Shown: positions 38,977-51,985 of the stretch, one piece after another
Numbering within the stretch: position 1 is the first letter of the stretch
Layout: each line of letters opens with the position of its first letter
DNA from: Hyphomicrobium sp.
Lineage (GTDB): Bacteria > Pseudomonadota > Alphaproteobacteria > Rhizobiales > Hyphomicrobiaceae
DNA: 64,000 bases
Direction of reading: 5' to 3'
Assembly: GCA_965222835.1 (NCBI GenBank)
Contig: CBDCUQ010000001.1
Span: 195,925-259,924, forward strand
The notes under the pieces: model-generated
Seen by the model: only the letters and a program-made list of their open reading frames with translations
Told to the model about the DNA's origin: nothing
Databases searched by the model: none
Program-made: the position numbers and the translations under genes

Positions 38977-39117
38977 CGCTACATCGAATCTGTATCGCGG
39001 CTTGGAGGTTTCCATCTGCGAGAGGAAAAGGGTTAGAGTAAGGAAGAATAGCGCAAGCTGTCCCGCGCATCCGCGCAACAGGGAAAGAAGAGTTCTTAGG
39101 CAATAGGTCAAAGACCC

Positions 39118-40359
39118 GTGAATGTAATGAGCCCAAGAATACGCCGTACCTCCATCGCCGTTGATATTTCCGGTGTCTACGTCGGTGGCGGACACCCCGT
39201 CGTGGTGCAGTCAATGACCAATACCGACACGGCAGACGTCGACAAGACCGTCACGCAGGTGGCGGACCTTGCACGCGCCGGTTCGGAACTTGTGCGCATC
39301 ACCATCGATCGCGACGAGGCGGCAAAAGCCGTTCCCCACATTCGCGACAAACTTCTCGCGCGCGGTATCAACGTCCCGTTGGTCGGCGACTTTCACTACA
39401 TCGGCCACAAGCTCTTGAGCGAGAACCCCGCCTGCGCCGAAGCCTTGGACAAGTACCGCATCAATCCAGGCAACGTCGGCTTCAAGGACAAGAAGGACCG
39501 GCAATTCTCATCCATCATCGAGCTTGCGCTCCAATACGCCAAACCGGTGCGCATCGGCGTCAATTGGGGGTCCCTCGATCAGGAACTCCTGACCTACCTG
39601 ATGGACGAAAACGCAAAAGCAAAAGTGCCCAAAGACGCACGCGAGGTGATGCATGAAGCGATTGTGCAGTCGGCACTGTTGTCGGCCGCACGCGCTGAAG
39701 AGTTAGGGCTCGGTGCGGACAAGATCGTCATCTCCGCAAAAGTCTCGGCGGTACAAGACTTAATCGCCGTCTACACCCTGCTCGCGGAACGCTGCCGCTA
39801 CGCCCTCCACCTCGGTCTCACCGAAGCCGGCATGGGCTCCAAAGGCATCGTCGCCTCGTCCGCAGCAATGGGTATCCTCCTGCAACATGGTATCGGCGAC
39901 ACCATCCGCTTTTCCCTGACCCCAGAGCCCGGCGGTGATCGCACACTCGAAGTCCGCGCCGCACAGGAACTGTTGCAAACCATGGGGCTTCGCTCATTTG
40001 TCCCCATCGTTGCGGCGTGCCCGGGATGCGGACGTACGACGTCGACCGTCTTCCAAGAGCTGGCCCGCGATGTCCAAGAGATGATCCGCGACCGCATGCC
40101 AGAGTGGAAAAGCCGTTATCCCGGTGTCGAAGGGCTCAACCTCGCGGTCATGGGCTGCATCGTCAACGGCCCTGGAGAATCCAAGCATGCCGACATCGGC
40201 ATATCCTTGCCCGGCACCGGCGAAGCCCCCGCCGCCCCGGTGTTCATCGATGGCCAAAAGGCCATGACGCTGCGCGGCCCTAACATCGCCGCCGAGTTCA
40301 AGGCTATCGTCGAGGACTACATCGAGAAGCGGTACGGGAAGGGCACCCGGGGCAGCTGA
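39118..40359 (+). CDS. ispG: 4-hydroxy-3-methylbut-2-en-1-yl diphosphate synthase
   Basis: '[14 protein letters not shown]', 'RINPGN' and 'ACPGCGRT'. Confidence 0.95.
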   Translation: MNVMSPRIRRTSIAVDISGVYVGGGHPVVVQSMTNTDTADVDKTVTQVADLARAGSELVRITIDRDEAAKAVPHIRDKLLARGINVPLVGDFHYIGHKLLSENPACAEALDKYRINPGNVGFKDKKDRQFSSIIELALQYAKPVRIGVNWGSLDQELLTYLMDENAKAKVPKDAREVMHEAIVQSALLSAARAEELGLGADKIVISAKVSAVQDLIAVYTLLAERCRYALHLGLTEAGMGSKGIVASSAAMGILLQHGIGDTIRFSLTPEPGGDRTLEVRAAQELLQTMGLRSFVPIVAACPGCGRTTSTVFQELARDVQEMIRDRMPEWKSRYPGVEGLNLAVMGCIVNGPGESKHADIGISLPGTGEAPAAPVFIDGQKAMTLRGPNIAAEFKAIVEDYIEKRYGKGTRGS

Positions 40360-40616
40360 CCGCACGCCAGAACCCAGTAAGGGGGCTAACGGAAAATGCA
40401 GTCTGTCAGACAGAAAGTTCGCAAAACAACACCACCATGCACTATGGATTGCGAAGCACGGCTTTTCAGACGCTGCCTTATGACCCGCACCAGCTACGAA
40501 TGTGAATACGACGAGCACACGCCTTGACACTCGTCCTCGCTGCTAACAATGCTTAATTGCGCGAAGGATCAATCCAGGAGACTTCATTGGCGACGCGTCC
40601 TTTACGCCCCAACCGG

Positions 40617-41258
40617 ATGCAAGAGCTTATCAATCAGGACGCCGCGCGCATTTTTCGCATCGTCCATCGAGACAATATAGATTGGCTCTTAAGAAACGGC
40701 ATTCACTGCCGTAACTCCAATTGCTTCTGTGAGAACTACATAAACATTGGTGACCCTGACCTCATTGCCAAACGCAACGTCCGCAGTGTCGAAAAGCCAC
40801 CGGGGGGAACTCTGAACGACTACGTACCGTTCTATTTCACACCATTCTCACCAATGGCGTACAATATCAGAACAGGATTTCGAGGTATCAAAAGGCGCGC
40901 AAATTCTGAAATTGTTTTTCTTCAATCTTCGGTGGAACGTGTGGCTGAAGCGGGGCCGCAATTTCTTTTCACCAATGGACACGCTTATATGCAAACCACA
41001 AAATACTTCGCGAATATAACAAGTCTCAAATACATAGACTGGCCGCTTCTGCAGTCACGCGACTTTCGACATGATCCAAATGACCTCGGAAAGTCAGACC
41101 GGTATCAAGCCGAATTTCTTGTTTACCGTCATCTTCCAGTAGACGCCTTGGATCAAGTCGTGTGCTATGATTCGCAAACAAGGTGTGCGGTTAGCACCAT
41201 TGTAGATACGATCGGATTGAACTTGGATGTGGTGACCAAGCCGGAGCTTTATTTCTGA
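40617..41258 (+). CDS. darT: DarT (DUF4433) ssDNA ADP-ribosyltransferase toxin
   Basis: 'IFRIVHRDNIDWLLRNGI', 'DYVPFYFTPFSPMAY' and 'DRYQAEFLVYRHLP' (catalytic Glu region), followed by a macrodomain gene. Confidence 0.85.
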   Translation: MQELINQDAARIFRIVHRDNIDWLLRNGIHCRNSNCFCENYINIGDPDLIAKRNVRSVEKPPGGTLNDYVPFYFTPFSPMAYNIRTGFRGIKRRANSEIVFLQSSVERVAEAGPQFLFTNGHAYMQTTKYFANITSLKYIDWPLLQSRDFRHDPNDLGKSDRYQAEFLVYRHLPVDALDQVVCYDSQTRCAVSTIVDTIGLNLDVVTKPELYF

Positions 41259-42337
41259 TGCTAAAGTTCACACAAGGGAATCTTCTCGAAGCTGATGTCG
41301 AGGCCGTAGTAAACACCGTAAATACGGTGGGCGTCATGGGCAAAGGAATTGCCTTAATGTTCAAAGAGGCGTTTCCAGAGAATTTCCGAGAATATGAAAC
41401 AGCTTGCAAGCGCAAGCAGCTGAGCGCCGGCCATATATTCGTTACCGAGCGCCAGCAGCTCTTAGGTCCAAGGTGGATAATAAACTTCGCAACCAAGGGG
41501 CACTGGCGTTATCCTTCGCGTATCGAGTGGATCGATACAGGGCTTGATGAGCTTCTTGACTTCATTCACTCTAAGCAGATCAGATCAATCGCGATACCAC
41601 CCCTTGGCAGCGGCAACGGTGGTCTGCCTTGGAGAGAGGTGCGCAACCTAATCGAAAAGAAACTAGGCAAATTGAATGACGTCAGTGTTATCGTTTACGA
41701 GCCAACTAGTCAGTACCAAAACGTGGCTAAGAGGCACGGCGTGCAAGCACTTACTCCAGCTCGTGCGCTTATTGCAGAGGCCGTGCGCCGCTATTGCATA
41801 CTAGGCATGGATTGCACGCTTCTGGAAGTTCAGAAGATCGCTTACTTCATCGAAACGGCATTAGAAGAACGTAGAATTCAAAACCCGCTAAAACTAAAGT
41901 TCGAGGCAAACAAATTTGGTCCATTCTCTCCTGCGCTCAATCACTTATTGAACAACTTGGATGGAAGCTACCTTCATTGCGAAAAACGGCTTGCCGATGC
42001 AGATCCGCTAGATCTCATTTGGTTCGAAGATAGCAAGAAGGACAAAGTATCGGCCTACTTGGGCTCGGAAGGCAAAGCATACCTTCCGGCTCTAGGAGAC
42101 GCCACCGCCATGATGGATGGGTTTGAATCGCCGCTGGGTTTAGAATTGTTAGCGACCGTCGATTGGCTTGTGCGCCATATGGACGTATGCCCAACAACTG
42201 CAGCCGTTAAGTCCAATCTCAGGAGCTGGCCCGGCGGACATCATGCTGGAAAACGCAAAATCGGCATGTTCAGCAGTCGGATGATAGGGCTGGCACTCGA
42301 TCGAATCGTGGAGCGCACAGAGAGCAGAGCACTCTAG
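41258..42337 (+). CDS. darG: DarG macrodomain antitoxin
   Basis: 'GNLLEADVEAVVNTVNTVGVMGKGIALMFKEAFPENF' macrodomain, plus a roughly 200-aa C-terminal domain. 1-nt overlap (TGATG) with darT. Confidence 0.85.
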   Translation: MLKFTQGNLLEADVEAVVNTVNTVGVMGKGIALMFKEAFPENFREYETACKRKQLSAGHIFVTERQQLLGPRWIINFATKGHWRYPSRIEWIDTGLDELLDFIHSKQIRSIAIPPLGSGNGGLPWREVRNLIEKKLGKLNDVSVIVYEPTSQYQNVAKRHGVQALTPARALIAEAVRRYCILGMDCTLLEVQKIAYFIETALEERRIQNPLKLKFEANKFGPFSPALNHLLNNLDGSYLHCEKRLADADPLDLIWFEDSKKDKVSAYLGSEGKAYLPALGDATAMMDGFESPLGLELLATVDWLVRHMDVCPTTAAVKSNLRSWPGGHHAGKRKIGMFSSRMIGLALDRIVERTESRAL

Positions 42338-42400
42338 TCGTCCAACTCTCAGCATAGGTTAGAAATACCCTTCGCCAGTACTATTTGGCGTCAGCCCCAT

Positions 42401-42429
42401 TTGACTTCCGCCCGGTCCTCCAGCATAAC
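42401..42429 (+). promoter_or_regulatory. Candidate sigma70 promoter of the rplU-rpmA operon
   Basis: TTGACT, 17 nt, CATAAC, about 190 nt upstream of rplU. Confidence 0.3.
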
Positions 42430-42617
42430 CCGGCTCAACGCGCGGGGCTCAGCCCGGCGCGGAAACAGCGCTGCCCGAGGCTCTGGTTGGTCATGAAACC
42501 CGGAATTTGTCCGTGGGGCGAGCCAACCCCTTGAAAGTCCGCTGATTTTCAGCGGCGCCACAGGGCGCGACGAGACCCAGAAAGCGCGGACCCCCCGCGC
42601 GGAAAGAGGCAAGATCC

Positions 42618-42929
42618 ATGTACGCTGTCATCAAGACGGGCGGCAAACAGTACCGTGTCGCCAAAGACGACGTCCTGAATGTCGAGCGCCTTCCCGGAGA
42701 GGCCGGCGCGAAAGTCGAATTCACCGAAGTTCTGATGGTGGGCGAGGGCGCCTCCGTAAAGGTCGGCACACCGACCGTCTCGGGTGCCAAAGTCACCGCC
42801 GAGCTTGTCGAGCAGGCCCGCGGCCCCAAGCTCATCGCCTTCAAAAAGCGCCGCCGCAAGAACTCGCGCCGCAAGAAGGGACACCGCCAGGACCTTTCGA
42901 AGGTCCGCATCACCAAGATTTCCGGCTAA
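42618..42929 (+). CDS. rplU: 50S ribosomal protein L21
   Basis: '[14 protein letters not shown]'. Confidence 0.97.
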   Translation: MYAVIKTGGKQYRVAKDDVLNVERLPGEAGAKVEFTEVLMVGEGASVKVGTPTVSGAKVTAELVEQARGPKLIAFKKRRRKNSRRKKGHRQDLSKVRITKISG

Positions 42930-42959
42930 CAGGCCGAGCCCCAATCGGAGGACTATTCC

Positions 42960-43229
42960 ATGGCACAAAAGAAAGCCGGCGGCTCGACCAAGAACGGCCG
43001 CGAATCTGAAAGCAAACGCCTTGGCATCAAGCGCTACGGCGGTGAGCACGTGATCCCGGGCAACATTCTCTGCCGCCAGCGCGGCACCAAGTGGCATCCG
43101 GGCACCGGCGTTGGCATGGGCACCGATCACACCATCTTTGCCACCGAGGAAGGCAAGGTCGAGTTCAAGACAAGGGCGAAAGGCCGGGTGTACATCTCGG
43201 TCCTGCCCGAGAAGGCGGTGGCGGAATAG
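42960..43229 (+). CDS. rpmA: 50S ribosomal protein L27
   Basis: '[28 protein letters not shown]...QRGTKWHPG'. Confidence 0.97.
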   Translation: MAQKKAGGSTKNGRESESKRLGIKRYGGEHVIPGNILCRQRGTKWHPGTGVGMGTDHTIFATEEGKVEFKTRAKGRVYISVLPEKAVAE

Positions 43230-43260
43230 CGGAAATCAGCCGAGGCTCAATCTTCAACGC

Positions 43261-43296
43261 GGGGGAGGTGGATTGCCACCTCCCCTTTTGTCTTTC
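43261..43296 (+). terminator. Rho-independent terminator after rpmA
   Basis: ggggaggtgg-attg-ccacctcccc followed by TTTTGTCTTTC. Confidence 0.8.
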
Positions 43297-43354
43297 ACAC
43301 TAGGGCCATCCATCCCTCGGAGTGTGAACAGACTCAGCAAGCGTCATCGAGTTT

Positions 43355-45233
<1,879 letters not shown>

Positions 45234-45899
45234 AGGCAACCTCGTCCCGGTTTGCGAACTTGATCTTGGACAGGTCATGACGTTCGCCGAATAACCGCTT
45301 GCGGAGCTGGCGCACGCTGACCGGCCCATTGCCATGATCAGCCAGCGGTGGCTCGTACGCGTCTTCAGGCGTTACCGCCGCCATTGGATACACGTGCTCA
45401 AGCAGCGGAGCCACGGCCGCGCGATTGGTGAATCGCAAACCGATTCCATAAGGCCCCGAGTGAAGAATGTCACACCGCGCATCGACACCCATCGATTCAA
45501 TGATGAGGTGGAGCGATTTAGCACCGCATATGTCACCGATATAATCGACCAACGCGCCCTTTTCCGAAACATTGAGAATGATGCACGGAACCGGCGCCTC
45601 ATGATGAACGCTGACGTGAGCACGGATATAGGCATCGCGACGTCCAAACTCGCGACGCTCGTGCCCAGTATCTCGTCCCGTCTCTACGGTCATAAAGTCG
45701 TTCCCACCCCCAGAAGATAGCTAGTCCCTGTTAACCTCTGCTTCCAGTCGGGTAAAAAAGTCATAGATAAATGTTTCCTAATCTGCCGTTCGGCAGTTGC
45801 GATCCCGCACGGAAACGGGCAAATGCACCCGATGCCAGGAAGCGGCCCACGCGAGCACGTCTCCTCTCGCCCGGCGTCACGGAAAGTGCCACAGAAAGA

Positions 45900-47054
45900 A
45901 TGTCTTCACCTTTGACCACATCAGCCACCAAGGTCCGCCCCGAATGGGCCAAGGCCCGCCGGGTTGTCGTGAAGATCGGCTCCGGTCTTTTGGCAGACCG
46001 CGCCACCGGAAAGCTGAAGGCCGACTGGCTGGCGTCCCTCATGCAGGATGTGGCCGCTCTCAAGAAGGCCGGCAAAGACGTGGTCCTCGTCTCCTCGGGC
46101 GCCGTGGCGCTCGGCCGTCACAAGCTCGGCATGCCCAAGGGGCCGCTGGAGCTCGAGCAATCACAAGCCGCCGCCGCCGTCGGACAGATCGGCCTAGCAC
46201 ACGCGTATGAGGAACAGGCCGCCAAGCACGGGTTAATAACGGCCCAAGTGCTGCTCACCCTGGGCGATACAGAAGAGCGCCGGCGCTATCTCAACGCGCG
46301 CCACACCATCGAGACGCTGCTCCACTACAAAGCGATCCCCGTCGTCAACGAAAACGATACGGTTGCCACTGCTGAAATCCGCTACGGCGACAACGACCGG
46401 CTGTCGGCGCGCGTCGCCTCGATGGTATCAGCCGACTGCCTCGTCCTCCTCTCCGATGTCGACGGGCTTTACACGGCACCGCCAAGCGAAGACCCGAAGG
46501 CCAGTCACATCCCCCTCGTCACCGAGATCACACCGGAAATCGAAGCTGTGGCCGGAGATGCCGGCACCGAGCTCTCCAGAGGTGGCATGAAAACCAAAGT
46601 CGAAGCCGGCAGAATTGCCTTGGCCGCCGGCACCAACATGGTGATTACGTCCGGACGGATTTTGCATCCCTTGCGAGCCATCCGTGACGGCGCGCGCGTG
46701 AGCTGGTTCCTCGCCAAGCAAGACCCAATCACCGCCAAGAAGCGTTGGATTGCCGGTCAGCTTGAGCCAAGGGGTGCGCTCTACATCGATGCCGGCGCGG
46801 AAAAAGCGCTTCTATCCGGCAAGAGCCTGCTGCCGGCTGGTGTCAGAAAGGTCGAAGGCACATTTGACCGGGGCGATTCCGTCATCATTCGCGCGGCAGA
46901 CGGACGCGAGTTGGGACGTGGCCTTGCCGCCTATACAATGAGCGAGGCCGAACGCATCATCGGCCACAAGTCGAGCGAGATCGAAAACATCTTGGGGTTT
47001 GCCTTCGGCGACGTCCTCGTACATCGGGACGACATGGCCTTGAATCGGAAGTAA
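45900..47054 (+). CDS. proB: Glutamate 5-kinase
   Basis: '[11 protein letters not shown]', '[11 protein letters not shown]', '[17 protein letters not shown]' and a C-terminal PUA domain. Confidence 0.95.
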   Translation: MSSPLTTSATKVRPEWAKARRVVVKIGSGLLADRATGKLKADWLASLMQDVAALKKAGKDVVLVSSGAVALGRHKLGMPKGPLELEQSQAAAAVGQIGLAHAYEEQAAKHGLITAQVLLTLGDTEERRRYLNARHTIETLLHYKAIPVVNENDTVATAEIRYGDNDRLSARVASMVSADCLVLLSDVDGLYTAPPSEDPKASHIPLVTEITPEIEAVAGDAGTELSRGGMKTKVEAGRIALAAGTNMVITSGRILHPLRAIRDGARVSWFLAKQDPITAKKRWIAGQLEPRGALYIDAGAEKALLSGKSLLPAGVRKVEGTFDRGDSVIIRAADGRELGRGLAAYTMSEAERIIGHKSSEIENILGFAFGDVLVHRDDMALNRK

Positions 47055-47059
47055 CGCAT

Positions 47060-48346
47060 ATGGGCAGCAAAGCCACAGCCGAGCGTACGACAGCCGCACT
47101 CATGCAAGACCTGGGGCAGGCAGCGCGCGAAGCCGCGCACCAGCTGGTCCTTGCTCCGACGGATCAAAAGAACGCGGCCCTCGTCGCAGCCGCAAAATCC
47201 TTGCGTGCCCGTTCAGCCAAAATCCTCGCCGCCAACGCCAAGGACATCGCGGCCGCCAAAGCCGCCGGACGTCCCGCCGCCTTCGTCGACCGCCTGGCAC
47301 TCGACGAGAAGCGCGTTGAAGGCATCGCCAAAGGATTAGAAGACATCGCAAAGCTCGCCGATCCGATCGGCACCGTTCTCTCGGAGTGGACCCGCCCAAA
47401 CGGCCTCAAAATTGCACGCGTGCGCGTGCCCCTGGGCGTCGTCGGCATCATTTACGAAAGCCGGCCCAACGTGACCGCCGATGCCGGCGGACTTTGCCTC
47501 AAATCCGGCAATGCCGCGATCTTGCGCGGCGGCTCGGAAAGCCATCATTCGAGCCTGGCCATTCACCGCTGTCTGGTCGAGGGCCTGCGGGCAGCCAATC
47601 TACCCGAAACGGCCGTCCAACTTGTCCCGACGACAGACCGGGAAGCGGTTGGCGAAATGTTGAAAGGGCTCGGCGGCACCATCGACGTCATCGTACCCCG
47701 GGGCGGCCGAAGCTTGGTCGAGCGCGTGCAAACGGAAGCACGCGTTCCCGTGTTCGCTCATCTCGAAGGTATTTGTCACACGTACGTCGACCGCGCCGCG
47801 GACCTTGAGATGGCCAAGCAAATCGTCGTCAACGCCAAAATGCGGCGCACCGGCATCTGCGGCGCAACCGAATGCATGCTTGTCGACAGGGCCTGCAACG
47901 CTGGCGTCCTGCCCGCCCTTGTGAACGCACTCCTCGAAACGGGATGCGAGGTCCGCGGTGACGAAGCGGCGCAAAAGGCTGAGCCGCGCGTCAAACCCGC
48001 CACCGCCGAGGACTACGGCAAGGAATTTCTCGATGCCATTATCGCCGTCAAGGTCGTCGACGGCATCGATGGAGCCATCACCCACATTACGCGCTACGGC
48101 TCGCAGCACACCGACGCCATCGTGACCAATGACGCGGCAACAGCCGAACGCTTCCTGGAACGCGTCGATTCAGCCATCGTCCTTCACAACGCCTCGACCC
48201 AATTCGCCGACGGTGGCGAGTTCGGCTTCGGCGCCGAAATCGGCATCGCCACCGGCAAGATGCATGCGCGTGGACCCGTTGGCGTCGAGCAGCTGACAAG
48301 CTTCAAGTACGCAGTCCACGGGCAGGGCCAGACCCGTCCGGGCTAG
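47060..48346 (+). CDS. proA: Glutamate-5-semialdehyde dehydrogenase
   Basis: '[12 protein letters not shown]' and '[21 protein letters not shown]'. Confidence 0.95.
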   Translation: MGSKATAERTTAALMQDLGQAAREAAHQLVLAPTDQKNAALVAAAKSLRARSAKILAANAKDIAAAKAAGRPAAFVDRLALDEKRVEGIAKGLEDIAKLADPIGTVLSEWTRPNGLKIARVRVPLGVVGIIYESRPNVTADAGGLCLKSGNAAILRGGSESHHSSLAIHRCLVEGLRAANLPETAVQLVPTTDREAVGEMLKGLGGTIDVIVPRGGRSLVERVQTEARVPVFAHLEGICHTYVDRAADLEMAKQIVVNAKMRRTGICGATECMLVDRACNAGVLPALVNALLETGCEVRGDEAAQKAEPRVKPATAEDYGKEFLDAIIAVKVVDGIDGAITHITRYGSQHTDAIVTNDAATAERFLERVDSAIVLHNASTQFADGGEFGFGAEIGIATGKMHARGPVGVEQLTSFKYAVHGQGQTRPG

Positions 48347-48407
48347 AGTCGGTTCAGATCAGGCCGAACCACCAGCTCCCGCATTCTAGCCGTCGAGATT
48401 GAGGCAC

Positions 48408-48553
48408 CCTGGATCCCGGCATTGAATGCCGGGATGACATGTGAGGCGTGAGAGAACAAAAGGGTGCGAGAAGTGAGGTGCCGGAGGACGCCCTATTCGT
48501 GGCGGCATTCGCGATAAACACAACTGTCATCCCGGGACTTGATCCCGGGAGCC
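48408..48553. repeat. Two copies of the 'GGATCCCGG-N-CCGGGATGAC' palindromic REP family
   Basis: cctggatcccggcattgaatgccgggatgacat (48408-48440) and gtcatcccgggacttgatcccggga (48525-48553). The family recurs at 58306-58378. Confidence 0.8.
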
Positions 48554-48619
48554 AGCGTTCAACTGACCCCATCATTTCGCTCAAAACGAAGACGAGCGGG
48601 GGAGCGGGCCGGCCAGGCA

Positions 48620-48660
48620 AGCCAAAAAGTAAGAGGCGCGGGAGGAGGGGCCCGCGCCTC
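48620..48660 (-). terminator. Rho-independent (possibly bidirectional) terminator after Cys-rich gene copy 1
   Basis: 10-bp stem gaggcgcggg/cccgcgcctc. T-rich tracts follow on both strands. Confidence 0.7.
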
Positions 48661-48730
48661 ATGTTTTGGGTTTTTCAGTCTCGGCAAGGCGATCCGAGCC
48701 TGCCGGGGTGTGGTCCCGGATGATCCGGGT

Positions 48731-49018
48731 TTAGCGCAGAGCAGCCTGCTTGCGGCGCGCAACCTCAGCGGCCGAAACCTCACCAGCTGCAACCAGAGCG
48801 TTGACGCAGCGCTTCGAGAGGTTGTTGCCGTTGGCGCGCATGCACTTGCGGACGCCGGGGCTGCCCGGAGAGTGTGCGCTGCAGTAGCTGAAGTAATCCG
48901 ACATGCAGGCCATCTTCACGCGGGCGCTGACAGCCGAAGCATTAGAAACTTGCATCGAGAGGGCCCCGAGAGCGATGAGAGCGGTGAGGGCCGTGCGGGT
49001 GGTGGACTTGATGGTCAT
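48731..49018 (-). CDS. Small secreted 'cysteine-rich repeat' protein, copy 1
   Basis: Signal peptide, then 'C-MSD-YFSY-C...G...C-MRANGNN-LS-KR-C' (C-x2-D-x4-C...C-x7-LS-x2-C pattern). Confidence 0.7.
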   Translation of the reverse strand: MTIKSTTRTALTALIALGALSMQVSNASAVSARVKMACMSDYFSYCSAHSPGSPGVRKCMRANGNNLSKRCVNALVAAGEVSAAEVARRKQAALR

Positions 49019-49381
49019 TGGTGATCTCCTTTCGCCTTGATGAGCTCACCCTAAGCGACCCACTAAGACCCGGCAGTTCCGCCGGAGACATGACCGAAAA
49101 AAGTTTCAAAACGTCCGGGACGGTATGGCAGGTTAAGGTTAACGTTTTGATAGGCCACACAAAAAGAAAGAGGCGCACGAGGAGAGCCCGCTCCCTCGCC
49201 TGGGCATCCATGCCGACAAAGCATGGGGTGGCCGGGCGGGGAACGGATGATTCAGCCTGTACGCAAGCGCGAAGCAGGCCGCGAGCGCGGCCCGGCGCCA
49301 GTGCGCCGCCCCCGCGGAGGCAGTGAGCGCAAGCGAACTTGCCGTGAGCGAAAAGGAACAAGGAGCGGGCCGGCCAGACAA

Positions 49382-49420
49382 GCCAAAAAGAAAGAGGCGC
49401 GGGAGGAGGGCCCGCGCCTC
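49382..49420 (-). terminator. Rho-independent terminator after Cys-rich gene copy 2
   Basis: Same 10-bp stem as at 48633-48660, and part of the duplicated unit. Confidence 0.7.
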
Positions 49421-49490
49421 GTGCTTTGGGTTTTCAGTCTCGGCAAGGCGTCCGAGCCTGCCGGGGGGTGTCCCGGATGAACCGGGGTGT

Positions 49491-49778
49491 TTAGCGCAGA
49501 GCGGCCTGGCGGCGGCGTGCAACCTCAGAAGCCGAAACCTCACCAGCAGCAACCAGAGCGTTGACGCAACGCTTGGAGAGGTTGTTGCCGTTGGCGCGCA
49601 TGCACTTACGGACGCCGGGGCTGCCCGGAGAGTGTGCGCTGCAGTAGCTGAAGTAATCCGACATGCAGGCCATCTTCACGCGGGCGCTGACGGCCGAGGC
49701 CTGAGAAACTTGCATCGAGAGGGCCCCGAGAGCGATGAGAGCGGTGAGGGCCGTGCGGGTGGTGGACTTGATGGTCAT
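49491..49778 (-). CDS. Small secreted 'cysteine-rich repeat' protein, copy 2
   Basis: 95 aa, differing from copy 1 at 4 residues. Identical 5' leader. Confidence 0.7.
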   Translation of the reverse strand: MTIKSTTRTALTALIALGALSMQVSQASAVSARVKMACMSDYFSYCSAHSPGSPGVRKCMRANGNNLSKRCVNALVAAGEVSASEVARRRQAALR

Positions 49779-49943
49779 TGGTGATCTCCTTTCGCCTTGA
49801 TGAGCTCACCCTAAGCGACCCCCAGGGGCCCGGCAGTTCCGCCGGGTACAAGCCCAAGAAAAGTTTGCCTAAATCGCAAAAAATAATTGGACGATGTTCA
49901 GAGTAAAGCGCACCAAACCCGCCAACACGCAACCCAATCCGCC

Positions 49944-50825
49944 TCAGGTCTGCGCGTCCAGAAACGCAAGCAACCGTTCGGCCGTCTCAGCTGGAAAAGC
50001 GTCGGGAAAGAAATGACCGCCCGGCAACGTGGCGCACGTGAGCTTGGCGCAACGCTTCCGCCATTCGGCCTCCATGTCGAACAGCCCATGCATCACGCCC
50101 GCGCTCCCCCAGAACGCGAGCGTGGGACATTGGACCTTGCGATCGATATCCGCCGCATCGTGTTCGAGATCGATCGTGGTCGCCGCCCAGTAATCGTTGG
50201 TCATGCCGTGTATGGTCCCGGGATCTCGCCAGCACCGGCGGTACTCAGCAAGTTGCTGCGGATCGAAATCCTCTAGCCGCGTCTTCCCCCAACCGACGAG
50301 CGACGTCTCATAAAAGTAGTCGGGATCGCTTGAAATAAACCGCTCAGGAAACGGCGCCGGCAGCGACAGGAAATACCAATGCCAATAAGCACCCGCCACG
50401 CGGCGGTTGGTATCCATCAACATGGCATAGGTCGGAACGATGTCGAGAACCGCAAGTGAGAGTACGCGTTGGGGATGATCGAGCGCCATGCGATGCCCCG
50501 TGCGCCCGCCACGGTCATGACCGATCATGTGAAAACGATCGAAACCGAAATGCGCCATGAGCGCCACGTTGTCATTGGCAAACGCACGAAACGCATAATT
50601 CGCATGATCCGGGAGAAGCGCCGGCTTTGAGCTATCGCCATAGCCCCGGAGATCCGCAGCCACGACCGTATAGCGCTGAGCAAGTATTGGTGCGATCTTG
50701 GCCCACATCGCATGCGTTTGCGGAAACCCGTGGAGGAGCAGAACCGGCGGCCCGGACCCGCAAATGACGCAATTGATGACCGCGTCTCCAGTCTCGACCT
50801 TTTCGTTCCGAAAACCTTGGAACAC
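49944..50825 (-). CDS. Alpha/beta hydrolase (haloacetate dehalogenase / epoxide hydrolase-like, Asp nucleophile)
   Basis: '[13 protein letters not shown]', '[11 protein letters not shown]' and 'IGHDRGG'. Confidence 0.85.
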   Translation of the reverse strand: MFQGFRNEKVETGDAVINCVICGSGPPVLLLHGFPQTHAMWAKIAPILAQRYTVVAADLRGYGDSSKPALLPDHANYAFRAFANDNVALMAHFGFDRFHMIGHDRGGRTGHRMALDHPQRVLSLAVLDIVPTYAMLMDTNRRVAGAYWHWYFLSLPAPFPERFISSDPDYFYETSLVGWGKTRLEDFDPQQLAEYRRCWRDPGTIHGMTNDYWAATTIDLEHDAADIDRKVQCPTLAFWGSAGVMHGLFDMEAEWRKRCAKLTCATLPGGHFFPDAFPAETAERLLAFLDAQT

Positions 50826-50856
50826 CGTCTAGCCTCTGCTCCCGGTATGTAACGGC

Positions 50857-51627
50857 TTAAAGCTTCCAGCCCCAGTGTATGGCCGCAATCCCGCCGGTAA
50901 GGTTGCGATAGCCGACGCGCTCGAAGCCCGCATCACGAATAAGCCCGGCGAACACCTCCTGATTGGGAAACTTGCGAATGCTTTCGACGAGGTACTGATA
51001 AGGTTCCTCTGAACCGGCAGCCAACTTGCCAAGCCGCGGAATCACCTCAAACGAATGGAAGTCATAAAGCCGGTCCAACAGCGGCACCTGGCACTCGGAG
51101 AATTCCAGACACAGGAATCGCCCGCCGATTTTCAGAACCCGAAACGCTTCCGCCAGCGCACGATCGATATGCGTGACGTTGCGAATGCCGAACGAGATTG
51201 TATAGGCGTCGAACGACCGGTCCTCGAACGGCAGGGCCTCGGCGTTCGCTTCGACAAACCGGATGCGATCCTCAAGCCCCGCCTCACGCACGCGCCGGCG
51301 GCCGACCTCCAGCATCTCCGGACTGATATCCACGATCGTCGCTTTGCAGTCTGGCCCACCGGCCGCAGCGTAGCGAAGCGCAACATCACCAGTCCCGCCG
51401 GCCACATCGAGAAGCTCGAAAGCCCGCCCCGCACCCGGCGGCGCCAACATAGCAATCAGATCGCCCTTCCAGAGCCGGTGCAGACCACCCGACATCAGAT
51501 CGTTCATCAGGTCGTAGCGCTCGGCGACGTCGGAAAACACCTTGTTGACCAGCCCCTGCCGCTCGTCCTCGCGAACCGTGCGGTAGCCAAATGTGGTGTC
51601 TTGCGTTGTCTGGTCGTTGTCGCTCAT
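50857..51627 (-). CDS. ubiE: Ubiquinone/menaquinone biosynthesis C-methyltransferase UbiE
   Basis: 'FGYRTV...[25 protein letters not shown]' and '[10 protein letters not shown]'. Confidence 0.95.
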   Translation of the reverse strand: MSDNDQTTQDTTFGYRTVREDERQGLVNKVFSDVAERYDLMNDLMSGGLHRLWKGDLIAMLAPPGAGRAFELLDVAGGTGDVALRYAAAGGPDCKATIVDISPEMLEVGRRRVREAGLEDRIRFVEANAEALPFEDRSFDAYTISFGIRNVTHIDRALAEAFRVLKIGGRFLCLEFSECQVPLLDRLYDFHSFEVIPRLGKLAAGSEEPYQYLVESIRKFPNQEVFAGLIRDAGFERVGYRNLTGGIAAIHWGWKL

Positions 51628-51985
51628 ACACCAAGCTTACCGGGCTTGCCCCAGATGCGCCACTGGGTGCTTTTGCCCCGAGACCTTGACCACGCAACCG
51701 CTCAATCGGGCGCCAAAACAGACACGGTTATTCCGGCCGGAGGAGCTTCAACGGCCAATTCTTGACGCACTCAGAAGCGCAGAAGGAAGGCCGCTCAAGA
51801 ATGACGAAGATCGTCACATACATTCTGGCCATGGCCGGGCACAAGAAAACAGCGCACACAAAAATAGCGACGAGAGTGCAGGGGAAACCTGACTATTTGG
51901 ACGGAAGTGACCTTGTACGCAAAGTAGGCGATCCGATGGATAGGAAATGACAGCATACTGCTATAATAAGGCTTATCAGTTATGA

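Noticed and set aside
40524-40552. A TTGACA-containing candidate promoter for darT.
   Set aside because: The -35 is perfect, but no acceptable -10 lies at 16-18 nt spacing (caatgc). It is too weak to list as a feature.
48350-49900. A CRISPR-like array, suggested by recurring palindromic repeats here and at 55.1-58.6 kb.
   Set aside because: The repeats belong to several different families and are irregularly spaced. They often occur as inverted doublets with no uniform spacers, and no cas genes are present. They are REP/REPIN-type elements and a segmental duplication.
51762-51950. A 62-aa ORF between ubiE and the low-GC islet.
   Set aside because: It is short, has no ribosome-binding site I can see, and has no homology features. 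The evidence is insufficient.
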